NCBI GenBank assembly: GCA_012026655.1
Contig: JAAILG010000358.1
Coordinates: 1-64,000 of the forward strand
DNA: 64,000 nt
Origin: Hydrolagus affinis
Lineage: Eukaryota
Direction: 5' to 3'
Shown here: piece by piece, positions 50,901 to 64,000 of the stretch
Layout of the letters: each line of letters begins with the position of its first letter
Numbering within the stretch: the first letter of the stretch is position 1
Notes under the pieces: model-generated
What the model was told of the DNA's origin: nothing
What the model saw: the letters and a program-made list of their open reading frames with translations, nothing else
Databases searched by the model: none
Translations under genes and position numbers: made by a program

Positions 50901-52479
50901 TTCGGAGAACTCCAGCGCCCTGGCACACATCCATTAATCACGAGACCTCTGCATTCGCCGATTTAAACTCATTTTTTGTTAAAAAAAAGCCGTTCTCGAC
51001 GTATAAAACATAAGTCGCCCTCCTAAGCAAACACTGATCACATTTGCTCCATCTCCCCACAATGTGAGGCACATAATTTACAAGACAGATACTGAATAAG
51101 CGTGGGACTAATGAGGAAATAGCAAAACCCCAAACAGCTCGATTTGAAAATAAAGGAAGGAAGGAGGGAGTGGGGGAGGGAGGGGGAGGAGTTGCATTAA
51201 AGTGCATTGATTGAAAACGATGGGATTATGCAACTTCCCTCTAACTCAGTTTCCTGTTGTGCAATTTGTAGTTGGGTTCATACTACTAACTAAAACGATT
51301 AACTGTATCATTCGCACGAAAGAAGTTGAGGGTACTATTATGTTTTGAAGTGGAATGCGGGATTGCTTGTTTTTTTCCCCCCAGTACAAGTTAATCATTA
51401 ATATGGATGTGGAGCCATAAATCTCACAGGGTACGTCAGACGTTAAAATAAATAGAACCACTTGGTTACTGTTTACCCAAAAGGTGGAGTTTAACTGGAG
51501 CTTGTAATGAGTGCAGAACTGGGAATTTAAAAATTAACCCACTTAACCAACAGCAGAAGCAATGTGTCTGAATGGGGAGTGGACAATGGGCTGCGTGTTT
51601 CTCACTTAACAGCGCCAGCCTTGTTCTGTGAGAATTCCAAGGATTAAGACATTTAAACCCCGAACCTCTCCTGCTGCCGTGCACCAACAAGCCTCGGCTT
51701 CAGCTTGGTTTCAAATAGTTTCGAAAGTAAAAGTAATTTCGGCGACGCTTATAGCATCCAACATTAATCACTATGCGCCCTCCCCACAGAACATAAAAGG
51801 AAGAACCTGATCTGTGTGGTATGCACTCACTCACTCACTCATTCACCCGTTTGCTCACACCCCGACAAAGCTCAATGTTTTGCACGATCTCACTGTATTT
51901 TGCAAGTTAAGAATTTCACACTAAACGTTGGTCAAACGGGAAAACCCAGCGTTTATCTCGATTGCTCTGCGTTTTAGTTTTTGCAATAAGAATTGGATAT
52001 CCCCCCTCCCCACCCCCACACACACGTATGGGCCAAATGACTTTCTGTGCTGTAAATTTCTGTGGTTTGTACGGTCTAAATAATCGTTGTCCTTCAAGAT
52101 AAAAGGCATTAAAGCTCCCGTGGAACTATTTGAAAAGAGAAAGGAGTTCTCCTAGTGTCGTGGTCAACAATCCTACAAAAAGAATTGCTCTAGCTCAGAT
52201 GGAGGAGGACATTTAAAATACAACAACAACAGAATTACATTTATACAGCGCCTTTCATGTCTGGAGGACGCTCCAAGGCGCTGGGTACACATTTAGAAAC
52301 ATCTAAATCCATAACTCTTGTGTACATACATCTAAAATGCCAAAGAATAGCACCAAGATAAGTTACCAGCTAAAAGCCTTCCTATCCAAAGGCTAATTCA
52401 AAGCTCTTTCCATTGTTTCACTGTGTAATGCGGTGTGTATTTTGCAGGTCAAATGTGGCTGATGTGGCTTTTGAACAGT

Positions 52480-52688
52480 GCCATAGGATTTTCAATGTTC
52501 ACTTGAACATGCAGACATCTCAAACATTTCAGTTTAATGTCTCATGTGAAGGGTAGACCTCGGTCCAATGCATCTGCTTCAATACTGCATCCGAACTTCA
52601 GCTTAGAGTTAAGAGTCCAAACATGTGACTTGAACTCACAACATTCTGACTCAGAAGAAACACTGGTACCAACTGAGCCAAGCTGACC
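52480..52688 (-). mobile_element. Family B SINE 5' half
   Basis: AGTGCCATAGGATTTT...GACTTGAACTCACAACATTCTGACTCAGA...ACCAACTGAGCCA on +. Confidence 0.8.
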
Positions 52689-52955
52689 CCCCATGCAAAT
52701 TTTTTGGAACCAGAAATAGAAGTCATCACAACAACACTCTCAAGGGATCGATGATACATACTCATTTAAAAGGGTCGAGCATTTATTTTAACTGAAAATC
52801 AAGTTTCCTTCATTGGATATCAAGATAACCTTCAACAAATTACTTAATATTTTAACACATAGTAATGTTAACCACCAATGGCTGATGATCTGTGGTTAAT
52901 CTGAGAATGTCGCAGTGTCAAACCCGCAGTGAATAATAACAGGATCATACCAAGT

Positions 52956-53248
52956 GGAGTCCTGAGTGGTTAGAGCACTCACTTTGCAAGCAAGAGACAT
53001 GGGTTTGATTCCAGATAGAGCATAACTTTGATAAGTTTCCTTACCCACACACCTTATAATAATCCCTCAAAAAAAATTGGATCTCTCAATCCACAACCGT
53101 TTGTGGGCTACTGCTTGTGCACAATTGGCTGCCATGTTTCACTCATAAATCTAATTAATTAACTTTATAGTATATTCTGTGAAGTGCTTTGAGACATCTA
53201 GAAGACGTGAAAAGCGCTATATCAAATGCAAGGAATATTATTGTTATT
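52956..53248 (+). mobile_element. Family A SINE, full length
   Basis: Head, Deu core and tail are all present. Confidence 0.9.
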
Positions 53249-53327
53249 CATTTCTTTCAGTTGTATTCCAAAGTGCTGCTTGATAAAGGAAAATCTTAAC
53301 ATGTTGTTGCATATACAGTACTTGCTT

Positions 53328-53556
53328 GTTGTGGTACATTGCTGTGCACCATTAGCTGCTGCGTTTCGCGCACAAAATAGTCAATCGACTTTACAGTACT
53401 GTAAAGCGCCTTGGGACGTCCAGCGCCTTGGGACGTCCTCCCGACGTGAAAGGCGCTCTATAAATGTAATTTGTTGTTGTTGTTGTATATTCTGTGAAGC
53501 ACTTTGAGACATCTCAACGTCTTGATAAGGCGCTTTATCAGATACAAGGATTATTA
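53328..53556 (+). mobile_element. Family A SINE 3' half with nested L2 tail (about 53399-53485)
   Basis: SINE sequence TTTACAGTA|TATTCTGTGAAG is split by GCGCCTTGGGACGTCC...TTGTTGTTG. Confidence 0.85.
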
Positions 53557-56500
53557 AAATACTGGATGGTTGCTTATGTAAACATCCACTTCTGCTGTAT
53601 ATTTTACTCTAAAAGGAAACCTTTGAACCAATATAGTATTATGTTGTAACAAATAATTGTTAGCTACTGTTTATCAAAAGTTTGAGTATTTATTGTTCAA
53701 ACGTTCTGAGTCGCCACACGGCATGGAGGGTACTATATAAGTGGAAGTTGTTATTGTTCCTTGAGATAATTTAGAAAACACTAGATTTATAAGTCAAAAT
53801 GAGGTGTATTTGGAGCTCATTTAAAATAGGAACATTTTATTACCATGGGTCACCAAACACAGAAAAAAAGGTTTTAGCCCCAGGACTCAAATTAAAACTA
53901 TGAAATGAGAAATACTTTGTTTTTAAAAAAACAGAGTTTGGCAGCCAATATGGGACTGGGTAGTACAGCGGCTTTCTCAAGTATGTGTTAATTTATTTCT
54001 CTCTTCCCTACTGTGCGTGTATGTGTGTTTGCACTGAAAATTGATTCCTTCCATTTATATCAACAGAGAAAACATCTCCATCAGCTCTCCCTCGCTGTTC
54101 AGTGCAACAGATGATCATCTGTAAAGACTCAGTGGCAAATGCTAAATTTAACACAGACAAACCAACACAGAGTGCCACTTTCATAGAATTCAACCCCAGG
54201 AAATATTCCCTAAAGTTTGTTGTTCTGTGGCTTGGATAGGATTTATTTTTGCCACACCCTCAGAAGTTCTTTGACAGTCATTTTGAAGATTTCCTTAACT
54301 GTACATCGCGAGTTAAAGTAAAAGGTTTTTGCAAATGCAGCTAACAATTAGAATATTCTAGTTGATACTTCCTGTTGAAGGAGGTTTTAGCTTCTAGCCA
54401 CAACAACTTGCATTTATATAGCGCTCCTCATCCCAGAGGAGGGCTATATAAATGCCCTCCTCTGGCAGAGGTGGCAGAGCTGGCGTGAGGGGCAGTTTGA
54501 GCATTACATTCCCAATGCATTCTTAACAGGCTTCTTTATAGACAGATTAGAAATACATTTACACAGCAAAATATACTTGTACCAGTTCTGAATGGAAAGG
54601 TATAGAATAAGCATCACTTTTTAAACTTTAACAGCCAGTAACATGGAAATACTCTCTGAAAAGGTCAAGTACTTACCAAATATAAACTATTTCACTCCAC
54701 TATGTTCCTGCCTCTGCAAAGAACCCTCCATTGAATTAGTATAAAATGTTCTATTTCCTACACCAGTTGTCCCTGTAGCCTCCGGGTTTATTTTATTCAT
54801 CAATTTTTCATTTATCATTTTAATTTTGTTGCTAATTTCTCTCAGTCTTTTGCACTGTTTTGGAAATGGCCAGTGTTCAACTCCCTTCGCTGTATATGCT
54901 AAGGCTACCATTAAAGACTCCATTCAACCCTTACAATGGTTACTTTGTTGACTTTCTGCAGTTTGCAGCTCACTGTGCATCACTCTGTATCATGCCTGGT
55001 CTTTCTCAAAATCTTTCAACCAAATTTAGAAAGCAGTAGAATCAGAATGGATAATGCTCTCCCTGCAACTGTTCACAACCAAATTGCAGTGTACTTCCCT
55101 TAAACACTTGTGGATGCTTTGGAACCAGAACAAATTATTTCTTTATATATAAAAAATAAACAAATCATTACTCAACGTTTTAATAATGAATGATACCATC
55201 AAGAACATATACAGAGCGCCACTTTTTAAAAGCATCACTTTTTCAAAATCAAACTTAAATGTGAAAAATGTCTAACTTAGAAAATGCATGTTGTGCAAAC
55301 TCTTTTCTCCCCATTGTTTGGAAATAATTGCAGAGTTTCCTTGTTGCTGATATGGCAAATATAATATTTTATCTAGTGTTGCTCTAGTTGAAAGAACTGG
55401 TAGACGAGACAGAACTCAGTATCTAACTGATGTCCATAAATAAATATGAAGTGTAAATTTCCAATAACACAGATGGGTTAACTACTATACTGAGGCCATT
55501 GCTGTGTAGTGTATGTTTTGATTTGATTTTTGGATTGAATGGCAATGTAAATCACCCTTTGTTTTCCTTTGCAAATACAACTTTTAAAATTAGTCAAAAA
55601 TAATTCGTCAAGACTAAAATGTTACAAGTGACAGTATTTTGTCTTGTTATAGTTTATCAAGGAAGTGCAGTCAGCTATACTGTTATACTACTGTTGATTG
55701 ATGTGGCCTTTCCAATACACTGGGACTGCCAAGTATTTCAACAGCACTATGATCACAGAGCAGTGATTGCACTGTCCACCCACATAGATGGGTGGGAAGA
55801 AGTTTTTGCCCTGAAACACTTTTGTTAAGTTTTGCTTGCCATGGTTAACTCTAGTTTCTTCCCCCATTTTTAATCAAATCACCGGAAATTGAAAGATTCG
55901 CCAGCAGAGTTGCCAAAAAAGTTGTCTGTCTCTGGTATTATCCCAGAATAGCCAGTTCCATACTGTGTATTGGAAAATCCCACGGAGGCTCTCGGATAAA
56001 ACGTGCCAAATAAAAACAGAACAAAGCCTAAGTGGAGACTTTATCTGTGTATTGAGTATCGGAGTACGTGCATTAAGTTTGTCCTTGAAGAAACACAAAC
56101 TAAAAACTGGGTCAAGTAGCAGGTTGCTTGTGGCCTTTCACTTTTGGGTTCTGGATTGAAAACCAGCCCAGACAGTTGGAATGAAAGTTTTGTTCTCTGA
56201 TGACTTGTAAGTACTGTACTGTACTGTATCCTACTATATAAAACTTGTTTGGGCAGTCTCAGCCAGTTTTGAACTGCTTAAAACAGCACAAATGTATAAA
56301 TCCCTGGGATCATAGGCTGTGGGTGTGTTGTGGGAAATGCAAAAAAAAGTAGACCGATGTATTAGGAGGTGCCCTTATAAGGTTAGAGTTAATAGTGTCA
56401 TATTATGAACTTGGCACCAAATTGTTGGTACAATGCTGCCAAATCCAAACTCAGCTCATTTAACTCACCTCCTGTGAGCCTTACTTAAAAAGGTGCTCTG

Positions 56501-56973
56501 AAATAGGATAGTAATGTGCCAACTCTAAAAACCGGAGCTGGTAAAGGGCTCTAGAAACTGATATACTGTATATTGTGACAGTAGAGCCACAAATCCAACC
56601 TTCCTCAAGCTTGTATTGAATACGCACATCAGTAAGCAAATTTAACGCGATCAGGCAATTAACTGAGCTTCACAAAGCAACATTCCCTGTTTCTCCATAA
56701 GTACCATGACACAGCAAATGAATAGGATCATATACACGGAAACTACATTTTGGTTCCTCTGCAATGTTCCTCAGGTCCAACCTCAGTCAAGCACCCCCTA
56801 ACACATAACATTTTCCCACAACAGTAATCAGTAGCCTCTTCGAAGATGTTTACCGTAAGTTAGTAAATAAATTGAACCATATAGTGTACTGAGTGCAATC
56901 TGTAATGTTATCTGTATGAAAGACTCTGAAGTACTTTGAGACATTTCAAAGTGATAAGGAGCTATACCAATTA

Positions 56974-57320
56974 TAATATAATAATCCTTGCATTTGATAT
57001 AGCGCCTTATCACATTTTCAAGACATCTCAAAGCGCTTCATAGAATAGACTGTAAAGTGAATTGACAATATTTAGTGGGCAAAATACAGCAACCAATTGT
57101 ACATGGCAGTGTCCCACAAACAGTCGTGGATTCATTGAACAATTTTTAAAAAAAAAAGGAATTATTACCCCTGGATAAACAATCCGCCAATCCAGGTTTT
57201 TGCTAGGTAAGTAGAGGAATATGGAGTAAGGAAACTTGCCCATTGTTTCTCCCTGCCTGGAATCGAACCCAGGCTTCTCGCTTGTGAAGCAGGCCTCTAA
57301 CCACTAAGCTACAGGACTCC
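56974..57320 (-). mobile_element. Family A SINE, full length, long variant
   Basis: GGAGTCCTGTAGCTTAGTGGTTAGAGG head with an intact B box GGTTCGATTCC; lies tail-to-tail with a + strand SINE tail at about 56925-56972. Confidence 0.92.
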
Positions 57321-57904
57321 GTAGCTTACGGTATAGCACAGTACCACATCTTTGAGACATTTCAATGTGTTTATTTGACCTATATAATAACTACAATGTA
57401 TACATTGGGTGTATTCTGCTGTGTTACCTTATTTATAAGAACAATAGAGAACTGAATACAATCTGCACAATAGCTACTGGCTGGAATCTGAATTGAGTTG
57501 GCCCATTTCACAGTACTCTTACAGTCAAGAGAGACTGAAGCCTTTTATCCAATTACTCTGTGCTGTATCCAAACTTAGTCTCCTGAGGTGAACGGCCAGT
57601 CTAACCCGCTTTACCACCCAATCCCTCTTGTTAAGCTAGTTATTTTTGGTGTTACAAGCAGAATGTCACTAATGCTTTAAGGTCTTGATTGATGGCTCAG
57701 AAAGTAAACGCACCACCAGTGTCTAGTTTCAGCCTCTCATTTGGACTACGTTAGCTAATCTCTACAGGGGCAGGAGTGGGGACAATAATTGGCCCTAATT
57801 TCAGACCTTTGACAAGAACTGTATTTAATAAGGGGCAAGAAGAGCTAGAAAATACACATTTCAATTGTCTGGCTCTGTGGAAGTTGAAATGCTTTACAAC
57901 AGTT

Positions 57905-58250
57905 AATAGTATTTATATCGCAGTACTTAAATGTGCACATTATCAAGATGCCATAAAGCACTACACATGATTTACTGTAAAGTGTGGGGACTGTGAATTT
58001 GTGGGTGAACGCAATGGTCAATTTATGCACAGCAATATCCCACAAACAGCCATCAAGTGAATGATCAATTTTATTAGGGATTTTCAGTTTGAGCACTACG
58101 AGAAACTCTTTCTTGAATAGTCCCATGGGAACTTCCAGGCGGTTGAATGTTTTGTCCAAAGGACGACACCTCAGACAATGCAGTGCTCCCCCAGTCTAGA
58201 CCATGAGCTCAAAATCCCTGACGTGGGGCTTGAACCCATAACCTCTGACT
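57905..58250 (-). mobile_element. Family B Deu-SINE
   Basis: Deu core TTTATGCACAGCAATATCCCACAAACAGC and head GGCTTGAACCCATAACCTCTGACT on +. Confidence 0.8.
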
Positions 58251-58857
58251 TATTCTTCAACAATAACAACAACCACAACAACATTACCTCTGTATAGCAC
58301 CTTTCACGTCGAGAGGCTGTCCCAAGGCGCTGCAAAGTTGCAAAGTCTCAACTTCAGAGGTGAGAGTGCTACAAACTGAGCCTCTGAATTTGTAAAGGGA
58401 GATCAAGCAAAGAGGACTGGGAATGATAGTAGACTCATTACATACAACAGCACATATATACAACAGCACTAAAATGTGGGATACAATAGCACTAAAATGT
58501 AGGAAAACTAAACCAAACGCTGCAACACATTGTTCCAACCTGGAATACAAGTATCCACAGTCTCTAAATGTCAGAACAAATATGCACTAAGTGTTTAGCT
58601 CTGGTCACCACAGTTTCAAAGATGTAGTCAACATGTTTACATATGCAAACACAAAAATTACATTCATACAGCACCTTTCACATCTGGAGGACGTCTCAAG
58701 GCAATGGGCAGCCAAGAATTTGAACCTAAGTGGTGGGGGTGGGGCCAGGGGAGTGGAGGGCAGGAGGATGGCCGAAGGCGCAGATCTTGTTGCAATGACA
58801 CAAACATGCTATAAAGACACAAAAGTCCACCAGCAAACAAACAACAAGAATTATGTG

Positions 58858-59353
58858 GAACAAAAACAGACAACACAGGGAACACTCAACAGGTCAGGCA
58901 GCATCTATAGAGAAAGGAAAGTGAATCAACGTTTCAGGTCCATGACCACTCATTAGAACTGGAGGGAGAGGCTTTTAAGAACAAAGAGTGGGGTGGCAGG
59001 ATAAGGAAGACAAAGGAGAAAATGGGGTATAGGACAGGAGATGATGGGTTAAAGAGATGTTAATGGTGCAAAACAAAGGGAGGGATTGCAACAAAATAGG
59101 AGAAAGGAGGTGTTAATAATATAAAACGATGGGAGGGAGAAATTGCAACAGAGCAGACCAGAGAGAGAAAAGGTGTGTCTGGGACCCAGATGATGTGGTA
59201 ATCCACCTCTTTGTTAGTCCTTCAAAGCCTCTCCCTCCTAACATGCCCTAGTTCTGTCAAAGTATCATGAACCCAAAACGTTGATTCACTTTCCTTTCTC
59301 TACAGATGCTGTCTGACCTGCTGAGTGTTCCCAGCGACTTCTGTTTTTGTTTC
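58858..59353. mobile_element. Penelope-like element remnant: two inverted terminal repeats with degenerate hammerhead cores
   Basis: Arm 58858-58992 is the reverse complement of 59203-59353 (e.g. CAGGTCAGGCAGCATCT..AGAGAAAGGAAAGTGAATCAACGTTT); purine-rich spacer. Confidence 0.75.
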
Positions 59354-59402
59354 AGATATCCAGCATTTTGCAAGAATTATGTGGAGGCTGAAGCTGGTAA
59401 AG

Positions 59403-59552
59403 ATAATAATAATCGTGGCATTTGATATAAGTAACACCTTATCATGTCTTTGAGATGCCTCAAAGAGTTTTATAGAATATATTATAAAGTGGATTGACTG
59501 TGTATTTTGTGGGTGAAACGCAACAGCTAATCGCACACGGCAGTGCCCCAAA
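59403..59552 (-). mobile_element. Family A SINE 3' half
   Basis: ATAATAATAATCGTGGCATTTGATAT...CAGCTAATCGCACACGGCAGTGCCCCA. Confidence 0.85.
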
Positions 59553-62333
59553 TATGTACACAGATGCACAAGAGATGGAAAATGAAAACAGATGGCAGAA
59601 AAAAAAGGCTGTGAATGAATGAAGGAGGTAGATATGAAGTTAACTTAGAAAGGAACACATGGAGATGGTAGGAGAATAATGAGCTAGGAATCCAGCGTAG
59701 TATTCAGTGCCCCCTACATGTACAGTTTGGATATGTAAGGTTTTAAGGATGATAGGCTGATCTTTAATTAAATAAGGTGTACTTATTTTACTGCTGAGTT
59801 ACAATGAATGAACAACATGAAAACGTTACAAATACATTTTTGAAGGAGAGAGAAATTAATTTGCGGAAACATGATGAACAGCGGTACTAGGAAATGGAAT
59901 ACTTTTTCCCACTTTACAACAAATATCAGGATTCAGGGATCGCAATCAATTGTTGTATGAGTCAGAGGCATTACAAAGCTGCATTTATTTTGCCCCAATA
60001 AACCCAGAAAAATACTCTCCAAAGCAACAGTGATTTTTTTCACTTCATATTCCAGTCACTTTTATAATATGAACAAGATAGCAAACCTAGTCCTATTTGA
60101 AGGCAAATTATGGACAGTTTTGTATGGGGAGACATTTGGAATTGGATGGAAACTGTCAAAGCTCATCCCATCTAGGACCCTTGCAGTCAATTCCAATAAA
60201 AAACAATTCCATCGATTTGACTGGATTCAAACTCAGATCGCAAAGATGAAAGGACTGCCAACCCATTCACCCTCCCGTCTCCCAAGATCATGCCCCAGCA
60301 CTAACAATATTAATATAAGATATATATTTATTCATATGTAAAATGCTTATGCATGACAAAAATACTGAAATGTTATTAAGGTAGAGAGCTGTATTTAGTG
60401 GTTGAGGTTGTACAGATTATTTATATAAAATCAAGAAACATAACTTTCTATGAATAGCCTTATGTTTCACCACAAGCACAGGAAAGAGCTGCAAACTTAA
60501 GTCATTTCTTGAACCTTAAAACCACAGCGAAATATATTTACTCTTCTACATGCAGTAAATAATTGATCTCTCCACGTCTCACTCTGACACAACACTGCAT
60601 CTCCAATCTCCATTTCCAAATCCAGTGCGTACGATTTTCCATTCCTGTGAGCTCTAATTTATAAGCTGCCAAAACTGAACCAAGTTCAAACAAGTTGCAC
60701 CCCCAACTGGACAAATGTTTAGCAAGGAGACAGCCAAAAGCGGTATCCCTGCTTCTGGCCTCTAGCAGAGATTGACAGCATTTGAAAACCTACCAAAGCA
60801 TCTATGTTCCAATTTCATCGTGTTTACAAGGAGAAAAAAAATGAAGGCAAGAGGAATGTGGCTAAAAAGCAAGCTGTAAAACATGGAAAATGAATACATG
60901 CGAGTCTCATGATTAATAAGGAGTTAAACAGCTATATGGTTTACAATCAGATCTTAAAAATACATGCTTTCTACATGTATGCACATAATGTAAAGTAGCA
61001 GTCACTGTGGTTGAAGGATTTAAAGCAATTCGGCAACATGCTGGACATAACATTTAAAGTAAAACACTGGATAAATCAAAATGTACAAATTCCAAGAGAT
61101 ATTTATCAAGGAGCAAAGAAAAAAAGTAAAAAGCAAAGCCAATGATTATAGTGACTGATTTTTCTGCAAGAGATTAACCCATCTTTTAAGGACAACATGA
61201 CAATTTCTGAGTCTCTTTTAATTAAAGTGTACACATTGGAGTTTGGAAAAACTGCTTGCTTCATCTACTTGGCAATGGATAAAGTAAGCATAGCCAGCAT
61301 AATTAAAAAGGCAGTGGATGAAAACATGGTCAGCATTGTTCATTGAATAACTAATGTCGTAAACATGCTCAGGATTGCTTAATATACTCAGGCTCATTAG
61401 AACAGCAAAAAGCAATGAACAACTCTTTAATGGTGCAGCACAAACTAGCAAATACTTTGCCATTGATAATGGAGTTGGTTTTATACAAGCTATTTCTTTG
61501 CAGTTCATGCCAGCCACAACTCTGTTCAACCTTTTCCAGCTGCCTGAGTAACATGCAATTTTCAGTCCAATTGTACCAGAAGTTATCGAATAGTTGAGGG
61601 AGGAAAAAGTGGACACTCTTGATCTCTATGCTGTTTGAAAAGCCTTGCATATTTTTGCCAGTAAGCCCTTTCCCCAAAAATGAACCCCTGTGTGTTCAGC
61701 CTCTGTTGTCACAGTCCACCAAAATCCAACCTTGACTCTAAGTTCATAATAAGGAAGACAGAGGTCATTTACATCTACTTTGAATGGACTCACAATATCA
61801 GTGTCCGTAGTTTCAACTAAATACAAGAAAGGCAAACAAAGATAGCAATCTACACCTTTTCAGAAATGTAATCATTTAGGAAATAGATTTGAAACCATCA
61901 ATTCCTTTCCGCTCATTAGACCACAAAGAGCAACTGTGTAATAATGGATGGGCGTTAGATTGCCCAAGATCAATCCTTTCCATTATTGAACAGGCACCAA
62001 ATCTCCATCAATGAATGTATTTCAAACCAGTATCCTTTCGGCCATCTTGTTAACTGTGCTGGATGGCCACAGGAGCAAATAAAAACTGCAATCAGTTTCA
62101 TGGGTTAATTTTTAGCTTCCGCTAAGTACAGGGAAAATTGCCAACTGAAGAATGATGGGAAATGAAACCTTGCCAAGTACAAACTGCCAGCATTAAGCAG
62201 TCCTGACAGCTCTGCTTCTTATAAACTTGGCAGCAGTTCAAAGTGCTTTTTCAATTGAAATGCTGGAACCTTGCCATGTGCATGCAGATTTGCTTTGCCT
62301 CTTCTCATAAGGAACTGATAAATGCCGTTCTAA

Positions 62334-62629
62334 GTAACCATGGAAACCCGAGGATATCAGAATGGCCTTGTGATCTACTGCCTCCCTCCCGTCTCTTTGG
62401 TTTCTCGACAGTGAAAACACAGCACCAAATCGAGTAAGATTCTGGGTTCATATAACACATGTGTACAGCAGTCGAAAGGTTTAAACTCAAAACTCAACAG
62501 ATCGCAGCTGGATGATATATCCTCAGTTAATTCCTATTAAGGGAAAAAAAACTAATGCTGTGGTTGTGCGGCTAACAGTTTTTTTTACCTGGATCTCTCT
62601 GGATGTCTGCCTCCAGTTGCCATGACAAC
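62334..62629. promoter_or_regulatory. Paired RFX X-box motifs
   Basis: GTAACCATGGAAAC 62334-62347 and GTTGCCATGACAAC 62616-62629. Confidence 0.45.
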
Positions 62630-63018
62630 CCCGATCTCTCCAGTATCAGTCTTTTCCTGATTATTTAGAATCTCTTCCAAAAAATTCCCATTTCCTGTAG
62701 TAACAGAGAAGGGGTGGGAGAAAAAAATGCTATTAGCTTTCACAATCTGCTGGAGTAAACAAATAATTTGGTTACTCCAATCATCTGAAATCTAGGTCAA
62801 GGGACTGTAGAGATGTCCAAATGAAAATAAACCATAAACTTTATTTAATTGTCCCAGCTTTAATGACATTCATTTGCCATAAATACATCTCCTGGTCACA
62901 TAGACCAACAATTCCCCTCAGACAGCATCATAAATAATTGTTCCACACTTGTATCAAAGGTGCAATTTATTTGATTTAATCTATATTGTCAGTGGGGAGC
63001 AAAAAAAGAAAAATCTAG

Positions 63019-63192
63019 ATAATAATAATATCCTTGCATTTGATTTAGCACTTGCCACGTTTTCAAGACGTCTCAAAGTGCGTCACAGAATATACTGTAA
63101 AGTGAATTGACTGTATACAGTATATGTGGGCGAAACGCAGCAGCCAGTTGCGCACAGCAGTGTCCCACAAACAGTCATGTTTTGAAATGACC
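63019..63192 (-). mobile_element. Family A SINE 3' half
   Basis: Tail plus Deu core GCAGCCAGTTGCGCACAGCAGTGTCCCACAAACAG. Confidence 0.9.
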
Positions 63193-64000
63193 ATGTTACT
63201 ATTTTTCTTTTAAGTAGGATTTTAAGTAAAGGGAGTAGCTGGATCAGAAGAGTTGCAGCTTAGTTCGGTGTTTTAACAGAACTCTAGATTTACAAACTGT
63301 AGAATATTTGGTTACTTGATCTCTCTGGGTTGGAATGTTACATTTCCTAGATGTTAACACATTAGTTTCCTTAACGCTATCACTTGAATGTTGCTAATAT
63401 TCACTTGAACCAGGAGTAGCTGAAATCCTATATTTGGAATTCATGTAATATAATCCATTCACACTGGTATGAGAAGCTGCTTCATTTAAAACTGCTCTAA
63501 GTTCCAGCAACAATAATGCTAAGCTGCTCCGTTTACACAGCACCACATAGTGGCATCCTGATCAAACCTTGCTATTTACAGTGTTTGGACAACTTTGATT
63601 TTAAGCTTAAAGACGGGATGCTGAATTTTCAGAGCAATGGTTAAATTTTTCAGGATTCCACTGCCCTCTCCTTTTTTGTGCATTGGTTTTTCTTCATATA
63701 AATACAAGCTTAGAGAAGTGTTCCACATGAGCTCTGCTCTTCCCATCTCAAATGCTGACCTTTTCAACCTGCCTGCTTAAAATTGCACAGGAATGCTCAC
63801 GCTATAATGCAGTGAAGAGTTTGAGTGCAAGCTACCTCCAGGAAACGGGATGTTCTGTCCTGATTTGAGGTCAGTATTCAGTATCAATACACAGTATTGT
63901 GTCAATACGTACGCAACAGTATTGTGCTTAAATAAGTTCTGAACTGCACAATTATCACAAGCTATAATTTGTGTACTCAATTCAAACTGGAGAAAACTCA

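Overview
Vertebrate genomic DNA, very probably from a cartilaginous fish and likely a chimaera/elephant-shark type. That assignment is inferred from the tRNA-Deu-L2-tail SINEs, the L2/CR1 fragments and the shark-type Penelope repeats. One protein-coding gene is supported: intronless IRF2BPL on the minus strand (ATG 49214, TAA 47235, 659 aa), with a CpG-rich promoter (GC box, full CRE, NRF1) and an AU-rich 3'UTR carrying tandem AATAAA signals. The rest is gene-desert-like non-coding DNA containing dozens of SINE and LINE fragments, three small DNA-transposon MITEs, an inverted Penelope-type repeat with decayed minimal hammerhead ribozyme cores, motif-dense candidate enhancers, and a 100-N assembly gap. 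I found no convincing new multi-gene system. The best leads are the hammerhead-bearing inverted repeat, a second upstream promoter module with ERSE/UPRE geometry, the IRF2BPL ortholog lacking the polyA/polyQ tract, a young hAT MITE with a perfect TSD, and several enhancer candidates. Repeat boundaries are approximate, read by eye.
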